This document shows positions 1-11,752 of a stretch of DNA of 64,000 nucleotides, piece by piece. The DNA lies in the NCBI GenBank assembly GCA_902518715.1, contig CABYHU010000003.1, positions 54,985-118,984 on the forward strand. The letters are read 5' to 3'. The notes below the pieces were generated by a model that saw nothing but the letters and a program-made list of their open reading frames with translations, searched no databases and was not told the origin of the DNA. Source of the stretch: an uncultured SAR86 cluster bacterium. Its GTDB lineage: Bacteria > Pseudomonadota > Gammaproteobacteria > Magnimaribacterales > D2472. The number at the start of each line of letters is the position of its first letter. The stretch's first letter is position 1. The position numbers and the translations under genes are program-made.

Positions 1-234
1 GTCTAAGCCTCTTAATTCAAGTTCGCTAACTAATCTTGATTCAATTGCCTCAAGAACAATTGGATTGACTTCAGGAGATAAATTCTCGCTGTTAGTTTCT
101 ACATAAAAGTCTTCATAACTAAGAAGTGTAAAACCATTCACAGAATCAACTTTTAGATAAAAAGATTGATTAGAGACGCATCCGGTTATGAAAATTAAAG
201 TTGCTATCGTAAGGAAATTTTTAAAATTATTCAT
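1..234 (-). CDS. Putative lipoprotein, 3' end cut by window edge (first 78 aa present)
   Basis: ATG at 234..232. I read the frame codon by codon and it stays open to position 1. Translation MNNFKNFLTIATLIFITGCVSNQ... has a signal peptide and lipobox (ITG-C). Absent from the ORF track because it runs off the edge. Confidence 0.5.
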   Translation of the reverse strand, partial: MNNFKNFLTIATLIFITGCVSNQSFYLKVDSVNGFTLLSYEDFYVETNSENLSPEVNPIVLEAIESRLVSELELRGLD

Positions 235-289
235 AATACTAATATGCAGTTCATATTTAGAAAATTCAAGTTATTGAAATAAAAAAAGA

Positions 290-2894
<2,605 letters not shown>

Positions 2895-3458
2895 TTAACT
2901 GGACTCTTCATCATTTAAAAGATAACGAGATGCTCGCATTTTTAGATCTTTTATACTTTCTGCTGAAAGTGGTTGCCTGTCTGAATCGCAAATATTTGCA
3001 TATATCTTTTCACAGAATTTAGTAGCAAACCTTAAAAGATCCTCAACACTGTCAGTTGCGTTTTCCTGTGCAGCCAGATCAGTCGCTAAAAGTAATGCTT
3101 GAGTTTGAGTATCTTCATTAAGCGTGCCTGGTTTTAAGGCATTTGCCACTCTAAATTTCTCAATATCATTGTTATAAATAGAAAAGAAGTCATCATTCTT
3201 TTGAAATCCATAATTAATTAAAAAATCATTTAATTGACTCATATCAAAGAAGTTACCATCAATACTAAATAAATATAGAATAACTAAATCTTGCTTTGCG
3301 AAAGCTTCACTTTTATAGCTAAAGTCCTTTAAATTTGCCTGCTTTGCTTTCAAAAGCATTTTGTTCGAATTAGATACTTTTCTAAAATAAAGAAATGCTC
3401 CAAGTATGGCTAAGAAAAAACCTAAACCTATTAAGTAAATCTCAGTATTTGAAAGCAT
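2895..3458 (-). CDS. zipA: Cell division protein ZipA, minimal form
   Basis: 187 aa: N-terminal TM helix, short basic stretch, then a segment resembling the ZipA FtsZ-binding domain (FRVANALKPGTL vs E. coli FSLANMVKPGSF). Sits between smc and ligA with 0-nt spacers on both sides. Confidence 0.7.
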   Translation of the reverse strand: MLSNTEIYLIGLGFFLAILGAFLYFRKVSNSNKMLLKAKQANLKDFSYKSEAFAKQDLVILYLFSIDGNFFDMSQLNDFLINYGFQKNDDFFSIYNNDIEKFRVANALKPGTLNEDTQTQALLLATDLAAQENATDSVEDLLRFATKFCEKIYANICDSDRQPLSAESIKDLKMRASRYLLNDEESS

Positions 3459-5642
3459 TTATTGGGCTGCGAACTCAACTGCTTGATTAACATCAACAGA
3501 CACGACTCTGGAAACACCAGCTTCTTGCATTGTAACTCCCATTAGGTGGTCACTTTTTTCCATTGATACCTTGTTATGGGTTATAAAGATAAACTGAATT
3601 TTCTTTGACATTTCTTCAACCATATTGATAAATCTTGAAGTGTTTAGATCATCAAGCGGCGCATCAACTTCATCGAGTAGGCAAAAAGGTGCAGGATTTA
3701 ATTCAAACAAAGCAAAGACTAAAGCTAAAGCAGTCATAGCCTTTTCTCCACCAGATAACTGAGAAAGAGTCGAATTCTTTTTACCTGGTGGGCGAGCCAT
3801 AAGCTTAACACCAGCATTTAGGTAGCTATTATCAGTAAGAGATAACTCTGCATTACCTCCTCCAAACATTATTGGGAAGATAGATTTCAATCTTTTATTT
3901 ACTGCATCAAAACTCTCAATAAATTTTTCTTTAGTCTCTCTATCGATTTGTGAAATGGCCTTGTTCAACTTCTCCAGTGCTTCTTCTAAGTCTTCATTTT
4001 GCTTATCCAACTCATCTTTTCTTTTTCTCTCCTCAGCAATTTCATCTGGAGCTGCTAAATTGATGGCACCCAATCTGATAATTTTAGATCTAATGGTCTC
4101 AAGTTCCGATTGAAGTTCTTCTATCGATAAATCTTGATAGTTGGCTCTGTTAATATCATTAATATCAATTCCCGATTCAGATATTCTTTTCGATGAATTT
4201 TCAAGATGAACACTATGAGAACTTATTTCAATTTTTGTATTAGTTATTTTTTCCTGAATTGCTTTAAGGTCCAATAAGGAAACACTTTTTTCATTTTCCA
4301 ATCTTCTTATTTCTGCATCTACTTCTTGTTGATCTTTTCTAATAGAATTTAACTTAGCTTCTGCTGAGGCGCTTGTCTCTATAAGCTCTTGAAGTTTTGT
4401 AGATATTTCTTTTGAGCTTTGCGTTGTTTTCTTGAGTTCTGTCTCTAGGTTTTCTTGCTGATTTAGATATTCATCGCTAATTTCTTTAGACTGCTTAAGA
4501 ACAATATTGAATATGCTGAGCAATATATCTTTAAGTTGTTCTGCCTTGTTTTTGATTTCAGGAATAGAGATTTTAGAAATAATTTCATCTATTAAGTGAA
4601 GAGCCTTTTCTTTGGGAGATAAGTTTTCAAAGTCTGAAGCTTTTTCAAGAGCATCTTCATAAGCCGCTTTTACTCTCTCAAGTTCTCTCGTCGTATTATC
4701 TTTGGTTGTTCTAATATTTTGAAGATTCTGTTCAAACCTCGCTATTTCTGACCCAACCTCATAAAACTTTTTCTGCGCATCTTCATATTTAGAAAGAACT
4801 GATTCATGCTCTGTTTTGTATTGATCAAGCTTAGCTTGCTTTACTGAAACTTCTGACTCTTTTACAGACTCGTCCTTTTGAAGCGCTGCGAGATTATTAT
4901 TCAAAAGATCTCTTTTGTCTCTGGCATCAAGAGAAAACAGGATAGCAACATTCAACTCTTTTTCTTTTTCTTGATTTTTAAAATCTTTGTATCTATCAGC
5001 AGCTTTAGCCTGGCTTTCTAATCTTCTTATCAATCTTCCAATCTCATCCCTGATGTCATTGACTCTTGATAAGTTTTCCTTTGTCTTTTTTATTCTGCTT
5101 TCTGTTTCCTTTCTTCTCTCTCTATATTTTGAAACCCCTGCAGCCTCTTCAATGTGTGTTCTTAACTCTTCAGGCTTTGCACTTACCAAAGAGGAAACCA
5201 TTCCTTGCTCGATAATTGCATAACTGCTTGGGCCAAGTCCTGTTCCAAGAAAAATATCCTGAACATCTTTCCTTCTACACTTAGTGTTATTGATGTAATA
5301 ACTTGATTGACTATCTCTAGTCATGACTCTTTTTACGGATATCTCATTGAAAGCTGCATACTCGCCTCCTACTTTTCCACTTGAGTTATCAAATAAAAGT
5401 TCAATACTACACTGCCCAGATGGCTTTCTTTGCTCAGATCCATTAAAAATGACATCTGACATTGAGTCGCCTCTAAGATTTTTTGCTGAGAGTTCACCAA
5501 GCACCCATCTAACAGCATCAATAATATTAGACTTTCCACATCCATTTGGACCTACAACAGCTACCATATTTGTTGGGAAAGATATCCTCGTGGGATCCAC
5601 GAAACTTTTGAAACCAGCCAATTTAATGTGCTTAAGCTGCAT
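3459..5642 (-). CDS. smc: SMC-family chromosome partition ATPase, unusually short (about 727 aa)
   Basis: N-terminal head LKHIKLAGFKSF...VVGPNGCGKSNIIDAVRWVLGE (Walker A). C-terminal LSGGEKAMTALALVFALF...LLDEVDAPLDD (signature and Walker B). The track start at 5645 is TTG; the ATG at 5642 matches the canonical MxLKxIKL N-terminus. Confidence 0.85.
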   Translation of the reverse strand: MQLKHIKLAGFKSFVDPTRISFPTNMVAVVGPNGCGKSNIIDAVRWVLGELSAKNLRGDSMSDVIFNGSEQRKPSGQCSIELLFDNSSGKVGGEYAAFNEISVKRVMTRDSQSSYYINNTKCRRKDVQDIFLGTGLGPSSYAIIEQGMVSSLVSAKPEELRTHIEEAAGVSKYRERRKETESRIKKTKENLSRVNDIRDEIGRLIRRLESQAKAADRYKDFKNQEKEKELNVAILFSLDARDKRDLLNNNLAALQKDESVKESEVSVKQAKLDQYKTEHESVLSKYEDAQKKFYEVGSEIARFEQNLQNIRTTKDNTTRELERVKAAYEDALEKASDFENLSPKEKALHLIDEIISKISIPEIKNKAEQLKDILLSIFNIVLKQSKEISDEYLNQQENLETELKKTTQSSKEISTKLQELIETSASAEAKLNSIRKDQQEVDAEIRRLENEKSVSLLDLKAIQEKITNTKIEISSHSVHLENSSKRISESGIDINDINRANYQDLSIEELQSELETIRSKIIRLGAINLAAPDEIAEERKRKDELDKQNEDLEEALEKLNKAISQIDRETKEKFIESFDAVNKRLKSIFPIMFGGGNAELSLTDNSYLNAGVKLMARPPGKKNSTLSQLSGGEKAMTALALVFALFELNPAPFCLLDEVDAPLDDLNTSRFINMVEEMSKKIQFIFITHNKVSMEKSDHLMGVTMQEAGVSRVVSVDVNQAVEFAAQ

Positions 5643-5677
5643 CAAAAAATATCAATAAATTAAATACTTATTTTACC

Positions 5678-6457
5678 TTATTTAAGGGCTATTAACCATT
5701 GATTTGAAGGGATTTTATAGGTCACATTCACATCATTTTTGGACAATTTAAATAGTCTTTTTGCCTCAAAAATATCATCATTCTCACAAATTACTTTTGA
5801 GATAATTCGAAGGGTAGATTCATTCATAAATGCAGAAGATATATCAAATCCTGGTATTGGAGAATTAGCATTTGTAATCTTGTGAACAACCTCACTGGAG
5901 TTATTTTGTGAGATTGCTAAAGGAATAAGAGGTCCATCATTGATAAAAATCTTAAAGACAGAGTTTTCAATAGCGCATTTGGGTAGATCAGAAATATCTA
6001 ATGTGATTGACGCAGAAGCAAATTGAGGAAATTTTTTATCTCTTAAAAGTGAAAAAAGAAAATAATAGGAGGTCTCGTTACCAGATTGCATAAAATCTTC
6101 TTCAGCATATCTAAGAGTAAGTTCTGCAGCATCTAAATTATTTTCTTGAATGGACTTTCTTATAATCTCTTCAAACCACAAAACTAGCTCATCCTCAGGA
6201 GCATAGTTTCTTATTTTTTTTAAATCTGATGTTTTTAAAGCCTTGCCCGAAATTATCTTAGAATTCACTTCGCTAAAAAGAATTATCTCCTTTGATGAGC
6301 CAATTACAGAGTATTTACTCAAAAAAAGGAAAGAGGGAATAAAAATAATTAATAAGCCAAAGAAAAGAACAAGTGATCTCCCCCTATTCCCAATATTAAA
6401 AATATATAAAAAGAATGGTGCAGCAATTAAAAAAGAAATTATTAAACTTAATATCAT
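5678..6457 (-). CDS. Membrane protein, possible CcmI (CycH)-like cytochrome c maturation accessory protein
   Basis: 259 aa with two N-terminal TM helices followed by a soluble domain. ATGA overlap with ccmH, in the position CcmI takes in ccm operons. I cannot verify TPR repeats by eye. Confidence 0.4.
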   Translation of the reverse strand: MILSLIISFLIAAPFFLYIFNIGNRGRSLVLFFGLLIIFIPSFLFLSKYSVIGSSKEIILFSEVNSKIISGKALKTSDLKKIRNYAPEDELVLWFEEIIRKSIQENNLDAAELTLRYAEEDFMQSGNETSYYFLFSLLRDKKFPQFASASITLDISDLPKCAIENSVFKIFINDGPLIPLAISQNNSSEVVHKITNANSPIPGFDISSAFMNESTLRIISKVICENDDIFEAKRLFKLSKNDVNVTYKIPSNQWLIALK

Positions 6458-6822
6458 CTTCTTCTTATTAGTAGGACACTAAAAGCTATAAGGATCATAA
6501 AGATAGCAGGACTTAACCATAAAAATAAATTCTCTGAAAAGTCCGGCTCATACAATGAATCTTTTCCATATCGTTGAACAACATAATCTTTAATTTCTTG
6601 ATCAGAGCGGCCCTCTTGAATGAGCTCATAAATCTTTCTCTTAAGGTCTTCAGATATTGGTGCATTGCTGCTTGATAATGAGCCACTCGTGCATTTTGGG
6701 CATCTAATCTCATTTATAATTTGGTAGTATCTAGCCTCATCTTCATCAGAATTAAAAATGAACAGAGATTCTCCAGCTGTATATACTGAAAAAATCATGG
6801 AGATAGCAATGAGCCTAATCAT
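6454..6822 (-). CDS. ccmH: Cytochrome c-type biogenesis protein CcmH
   Basis: 122 aa with IRCPKCTSGSLSSSNAP (CcmH LRCxxC...SNAP motif) and a C-terminal TM helix. Confidence 0.85.
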   Translation of the reverse strand: MIRLIAISMIFSVYTAGESLFIFNSDEDEARYYQIINEIRCPKCTSGSLSSSNAPISEDLKRKIYELIQEGRSDQEIKDYVVQRYGKDSLYEPDFSENLFLWLSPAIFMILIAFSVLLIRRR

Positions 6823-7336
6823 TATTAATTTGATTTATTTTTGATAAAAATTTTGAGCTCCAGACCTTCTGATTTACTTCACCGATATGATGTGAAATTA
6901 TCCTACCTTTGTGAACTAAAAATGTTTCTGGAGCTCCTGTTACGCCTAAATCAAGTGCAAGCTCTCCATAATAGTCATATAGAGAAAAAATATATGGATC
7001 TCCGAGCTTATTTAACCAGTCAGTAGCATTGTTCTTTTCATCCTTATAATTTAGTCCAATGATAGGAATTGTTTTTGACATCTCTTCTAAGAATGGATGC
7101 TCAACTCTGCAAGTTATGCACCAACTTGCCCAAACATTAAGCACAAAAAGATCCTCTAAATCCTCATTTGTAATCTTTTTTTCTAAATGAAGAGTCCTAA
7201 GATTAAATTCAGGTAATGGAGTGTTGAGATCTGCTTGAGACTGGCTGTCGTTATCATTTCTTATTAAAGATGTAAAAAGAATAACGGCTGATAAAAATAT
7301 AATTACTATTAAGGTTCTTAAAGTTGACTCAAACAT
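6815..7336 (-). CDS. ccmG: Thiol:disulfide interchange protein CcmG/DsbE
   Basis: 173 aa with an N-terminal anchor, the thioredoxin motif WASWCITCRVEHP, and GVTGAPETFL. Confidence 0.9.
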   Translation of the reverse strand: MFESTLRTLIVIIFLSAVILFTSLIRNDNDSQSQADLNTPLPEFNLRTLHLEKKITNEDLEDLFVLNVWASWCITCRVEHPFLEEMSKTIPIIGLNYKDEKNNATDWLNKLGDPYIFSLYDYYGELALDLGVTGAPETFLVHKGRIISHHIGEVNQKVWSSKFLSKINQINND

Positions 7337-9221
7337 AAGTTCTTCTTCTAATTACTAAAACTGCGCCTAAGCTCATTATTATTGCAGAAATCCAAATCAA
7401 TCTAACAAAATAGTTTTCTTGCATATTAACTATCCATTTACCATTAGATTGCTGTTCACCAATTGTTATATATATATCTTTTATGGGCTTTATGGATATA
7501 TCTGATTCAGTTGTAATTTCACCTCTGACAAAATATTTTCTTTTTTCTGGATAAAGCTCAAAAGTGTCATCTCCGTTTGAAAAAATAAAGTCTGCAGAAA
7601 GGGATTCAAAGTTAGAACTTTTTTGTAATGAAATCTTATCAAACTTAATTGTATTCTCATTAAATCTAACTTCATCTCCGACACTCATACTAAATGTTCT
7701 TTCACTGCTGAGAGCAGCATTTAATGAAATAGAAATGATCAATAGTGCAAAACCTATATGTGCTATTGCACTCCCTTGATTAAAGTATTTCTTAGAAATA
7801 ACAGAATCAATAATCAATACTATGTATCTTATAAGAATTAAGTTACCAAAAAAAATACCTCCTATTAGCCACCACTCATAACTATTCAGAAAATATATGA
7901 TCGCAATCAAAGACAATATCGTTAAAGCAAAAATTACTGTTGAAGATTTTAGGATTCCTATTAAAGATATATCACGAGACCATATTGAATATGTTGAAAA
8001 AACTAAGAATAAAGAGGTTATAAAAGTAAGTGGTGCAAATACTTTATTGTAAAAAGGACTTCCTACTGAAACTCTAGAATCTAAAAACGCTTCCAATATT
8101 AATGGATAGGATATGCCTAAGAAAATAATAAATACTGCAGTAATGAAAAAGATATTGTTTGCACCAATAAAAAATTCCTTGGAAAAGTCTTTTACCTTAT
8201 TAACAGAAAAGATTTTTGATAAATTTTTAACAAAAAGCATTATCGGGCCAGTAATTAAGAATGCAGACATTCCAAGCAAGTACAAACCTCTTGTTGGGTC
8301 ATTTGCAAATGAGTGAACACTATCAATTATCCCAGATCTTACAATGAAAGCTCCAAATAAGCTCAGCGTAAATGCAAGAATTGATAAAAATATTGTCCAT
8401 GCTATTAGATTCTTTGATCTAGAAGAAACGTAAACTGTATGGAGAAGCGCTGTCCCTGCCAACCAAGGCATCAGAGCAACATTTTCTACCGGATCCCAAA
8501 ACCAATAGCCACCCCAGCCTAGTTCGTAATAAGCCCACCAACTTCCAAGGGCTATTCCAATAGTAAGAAATATCCACGATGATAAAATAAAACTCTTGAT
8601 TTCTGCAATTGGAAACTTTTCAAACCTACCACTTATTAGAAAAGCTGTAACAAATGCAAAAGGAATAACAAAACCAATATAACCAAAATAAAGCATTGGT
8701 GGGTGAATTGCTAAAGCTGGATCCTGCAATATAGGATTAATATCAGCTCCATCGGTAACTCCAAAAGGCAAGATTCTTTCAAATGGACTAGAAATGAATA
8801 ATAAAAAAAGAAGGAAGCATGCTACCACTAATGAAATTATCCCTATTGTTTGAGGATAAAAAGTCGTTGTTGTACGATTTCTAAATATTAAGAAAAATAG
8901 GCCCCATAAAGAAATTATTAAAACCCAAAGAAATAGTGAACCTTCATGTGCACTCCATATTGAAGTAACTTTATAAAAGATTGGAAGATTTGAGTTTGAG
9001 TGACTCGCTATGTAAGCCATAGAGAAATCGTCGATTATTGCTAAATAAACAAATAATAAAAATGAAGTAATTAATGTTAATGATCCCAATACAAAAACCT
9101 TAGGAACAAAAATACTTACGCTGTTAGTATTTGAGGAATAGGACAAAAAAGCTAAAACAAAGCAGGCCAAAAATACAATTGATGAGGAAAAAGCTAAGAA
9201 GTGACTTATTTCACCTATCAT
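7329..9221 (-). CDS. ccmF: Cytochrome c heme lyase subunit CcmF
   Basis: 630 aa polytopic membrane protein with the WWD motif WGGYWFWDPVEN. Confidence 0.95.
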   Translation of the reverse strand: MIGEISHFLAFSSSIVFLACFVLAFLSYSSNTNSVSIFVPKVFVLGSLTLITSFLLFVYLAIIDDFSMAYIASHSNSNLPIFYKVTSIWSAHEGSLFLWVLIISLWGLFFLIFRNRTTTTFYPQTIGIISLVVACFLLFLLFISSPFERILPFGVTDGADINPILQDPALAIHPPMLYFGYIGFVIPFAFVTAFLISGRFEKFPIAEIKSFILSSWIFLTIGIALGSWWAYYELGWGGYWFWDPVENVALMPWLAGTALLHTVYVSSRSKNLIAWTIFLSILAFTLSLFGAFIVRSGIIDSVHSFANDPTRGLYLLGMSAFLITGPIMLFVKNLSKIFSVNKVKDFSKEFFIGANNIFFITAVFIIFLGISYPLILEAFLDSRVSVGSPFYNKVFAPLTFITSLFLVFSTYSIWSRDISLIGILKSSTVIFALTILSLIAIIYFLNSYEWWLIGGIFFGNLILIRYIVLIIDSVISKKYFNQGSAIAHIGFALLIISISLNAALSSERTFSMSVGDEVRFNENTIKFDKISLQKSSNFESLSADFIFSNGDDTFELYPEKRKYFVRGEITTESDISIKPIKDIYITIGEQQSNGKWIVNMQENYFVRLIWISAIIMSLGAVLVIRRRTYV

Positions 9222-9223
9222 AA

Positions 9224-9637
9224 TTAGTTCAATTCAAGGTTTGGTGGCATATAGTTCTCATCATGCTTGGCAAAAACTTCATCTGCATAAAAAACTCCAT
9301 CAATGTATTTGCCAAGGACAACAATACCTTTTCCTTCTTGAAATAAATCTGGTAATAAACCTTCATAAATAACTTTAATAGAGTCCTCAAAATCAGTAAC
9401 CTCGAATTTTACTTTGTTTTCATTAATGAAAAAGCTATCTTTTTTTACCATACCACCAAGCTTAACTCTTGTATTTGATGATAAAACAACATTTTCATTA
9501 CTTTGCTTAAGTTCGCTAGGTGTTAAAAAATAATCTAGGTTTGAATTGAGCGCATACAAAATTAAACCAATGCCTAAACAAGAGCTAGCTATAATTAGAA
9601 GAACTCCGAAAAGTCTTTTTTTTCTATCCTTCTTCAT
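9224..9637 (-). CDS. ccmE: Heme chaperone CcmE
   Basis: 137 aa with an N-terminal anchor and the heme-binding His context FAKHDENYMPP. Confidence 0.95.
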   Translation of the reverse strand: MKKDRKKRLFGVLLIIASSCLGIGLILYALNSNLDYFLTPSELKQSNENVVLSSNTRVKLGGMVKKDSFFINENKVKFEVTDFEDSIKVIYEGLLPDLFQEGKGIVVLGKYIDGVFYADEVFAKHDENYMPPNLELN

Positions 9638-9782
9638 ATATTTCTTTCCTGGCTTGTCGTATTTTTCTATTTAGAAGAATGATCGTAGATCCTAGGATTG
9701 TAAAAAGTACAGTTATAACAATCCACACATAAACTCCATGATCACCCATGCTAAGAATATTTATTAAACTATCTTGATTCAT
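9624..9782 (-). CDS. ccmD: Heme exporter protein CcmD (52 aa, not in ORF track)
   Basis: Hand translation of the minus strand gives MNQDSLINILSMGDHGVYVWIVITVLFTILGSTIILLNRKIRQARKEIYEEG*. It has the CcmD-like MG..G.YVW motif and a single TM helix. Lies between ccmC (2-nt gap) and ccmE (14-nt overlap). Confidence 0.75.
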   Translation of the reverse strand: MNQDSLINILSMGDHGVYVWIVITVLFTILGSTIILLNRKIRQARKEIYEEG

Positions 9783-9784
9783 TT

Positions 9785-10513
9785 TCAAATATTTTTTACC
9801 CAGCTTTTATATTTTTCCCTTCTTAGGATTTCATTCTGTGAAGAAAGAATAACTAACCCAAAAATTAGACCAATAAAAGTAACTATGGAAAACATTAATG
9901 GATATAACATTACTGGATCAATTGCAGGCTTGCTCGTCAATGTTATGGATGCAGATTGATGAAGTGTTGACCACCAATCTACTGATTTCTTTATTATTGG
10001 TATATTAACTACTCCTATTAAAACGAGCACTGAGAAAAACTTGTCAGCCTTATCTTTATTTTCAAAAGATGCGTGCAAAGAGATCAAACCAAGATACATT
10101 ATGAATAAAATTAATGTAGAGGTTATTCTGGCATCCCACTGCCACCAGGTTCCCCAGGTTGGTATGCCCCAAATAGAACCAGAAAATAGCGCAAAGAATG
10201 TTACGATTGCTCCAATTGGGGCGATTGATTTCGAGACATATGCAGCTAATTTGAGTTTCCAAATTAGAAAAACAGCTGAAGTAATTGCCATTACAACAAA
10301 AAGAATCTGTGCCATAAATGATGCTGGCACGTGCATATAGATTATTCTGTAAGAATCGCCTTGGACTGCATCAGGAGGCGTAAAAAAAAGTCCCCATACT
10401 AAAGCGCCAATATAAAGTAAAAAAAAGAATGCCAAAACTGGCTTACAAAACTTGTTAGCAACAGCAAAGTAACTCTTTGGAGAGGCAAATTGATGAAAAA
10501 ATTTTTTAATCAC
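9785..10513 (-). CDS. ccmC: Heme exporter protein CcmC
   Basis: 242 aa with the WWD motif WGTWWQWDARITS. GTG start, and the N-terminus aligns with E. coli CcmC from residue 1. Confidence 0.95.
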   Translation of the reverse strand: MIKKFFHQFASPKSYFAVANKFCKPVLAFFFLLYIGALVWGLFFTPPDAVQGDSYRIIYMHVPASFMAQILFVVMAITSAVFLIWKLKLAAYVSKSIAPIGAIVTFFALFSGSIWGIPTWGTWWQWDARITSTLILFIMYLGLISLHASFENKDKADKFFSVLVLIGVVNIPIIKKSVDWWSTLHQSASITLTSKPAIDPVMLYPLMFSIVTFIGLIFGLVILSSQNEILRREKYKSWVKNI

Positions 10514-10538
10514 AGAAATAATATATGGGTTTTTTTTG

Positions 10539-11189
10539 CTATTCCAAATGCGTTCTCAGTATAAATGAAATAATAAATGGTATAAAACTTGCTACGAGAA
10601 TCATGACACCTACTAAAAGGCTCAAATGACCAACCAAGCTTAAACCCAACAAGGCTGAGGTTGTCATTTTGCCAAGCACAATCAGCACAGGAATTAAAAA
10701 TGGGATTGTTATTAAAAGACCAAGAATAGAGCCTTTTTTAAGGCTAAGGGCATTCCCGAGAGAAAAGAAATTAATAAAAATTAAATTTGAAATAATTAAA
10801 CATAGAAAAGCAATTGAACTTATCTGTATTGAGATATCCAAAGATAAAATAAATAGAAAAGCAACAAAAGCAAGAGGAATGCCAATCAGTACCCAGTGGA
10901 CAAGGATCTTATAAAAAACAATTTCAATGAGTTGATTGTTAACTGCATATTGCTCAAGAGTACCATCTTCAAAATCATCCGAGAAAATTAATTCAGTTCC
11001 CAGCATGGTAACCAAAAGTGTAGAAATCCAAATAAAAGATAGATAAATTTGAGGCGGATTATCACTATTTATATCCAACGTTAATGGAAAAGAAATTATT
11101 ATCAAAAGGAAAACTAACACAGGTCCAATCCAAGCCCTCCTCCTCTTAAAGAGCTTATACATCTCTATATAAAGATTATCTCTATTCAT
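10539..11189 (-). CDS. ccmB: Heme exporter permease CcmB
   Basis: 216 aa, six-TM-like hydrophobic profile, between ccmA and ccmC. Confidence 0.85.
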   Translation of the reverse strand: MNRDNLYIEMYKLFKRRRAWIGPVLVFLLIIISFPLTLDINSDNPPQIYLSFIWISTLLVTMLGTELIFSDDFEDGTLEQYAVNNQLIEIVFYKILVHWVLIGIPLAFVAFLFILSLDISIQISSIAFLCLIISNLIFINFFSLGNALSLKKGSILGLLITIPFLIPVLIVLGKMTTSALLGLSLVGHLSLLVGVMILVASFIPFIISFILRTHLE

Positions 11190-11751
11190 TTATTTTAATT
11201 TCTCTATAGTCATCTTTAAAGTCTATATGTGAAGTAAAAATAATAGTTTTATTTTTCTTTACTTCTGCTTCCATAAAGTTCTTTAGAAACTCTTTACTGT
11301 TTTGATCAAGGCCAACAAAAGGTTCATCCAGTATCAAAATATTTTCATTAGAATTTAAGACTCTTACTAAAGATAGTTTTTTTTGTTGTCCAAAAGATAA
11401 CGTGCCAACAGAGTTGTCAATATGCCTTCTCAGCTTAAATTTTTCTAATAAATCAAGATTAAAAGAATCCAACTTCAATCCTTGAATCATAAGATTCTCT
11501 CTAATTGATAAATAATTTTTTAAATTATTTTTATGTCCCAGAAAGCAAACTTTGTCTTCATTGTGATTAATTAGCTCCCCTTTGGTTTGTTTTGTTAAAC
11601 CTATGATTATTTTTAACAAGGTTGTCTTTCCGGATCCATTATCTCCAGAAATTTTTACCAGTTCTCCAAAGTCAATTACAAAACTAATATTATTAAGGAT
11701 ATTCCTATCATTAATTTTATAAGAAATATTTTTTGCTTCGATAAGTTTCAT
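11182..11751 (-). CDS. ccmA: Cytochrome c biogenesis ABC ATPase CcmA
   Basis: Walker A GDNGSGKTT, signature LSFGQQKKLSL, Walker B ILILDEP. The track start at 11766 is TTG. The ATG at 11751 lies 1 nt after the upstream stop and is preferred. Confidence 0.9.
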   Translation of the reverse strand: MKLIEAKNISYKINDRNILNNISFVIDFGELVKISGDNGSGKTTLLKIIIGLTKQTKGELINHNEDKVCFLGHKNNLKNYLSIRENLMIQGLKLDSFNLDLLEKFKLRRHIDNSVGTLSFGQQKKLSLVRVLNSNENILILDEPFVGLDQNSKEFLKNFMEAEVKKNKTIIFTSHIDFKDDYREIKINE

Positions 11752-11752
11752 A

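Noticed and set aside
5323-5658. Long antisense ORFs inside well-supported genes. Examples: 5323-5658 (+) in smc; 18578-18916 (+) in thrS; 24809-25141 (+) in cysS; 45710-46072 (+) in purL; 57414-57791 (-) in acnB; 59027-59383 (+) in purF; 51905-52228 (-) across the sulfotransferase/ppiB boundary.
   Set aside because: Each lies fully opposite a gene with strong family motifs. Their translations are low-complexity (Ser/Leu/Ile/Phe-rich), no ribosome-binding sites are evident, and none has a recognisable motif. They are the expected by-product of codon-complement structure.
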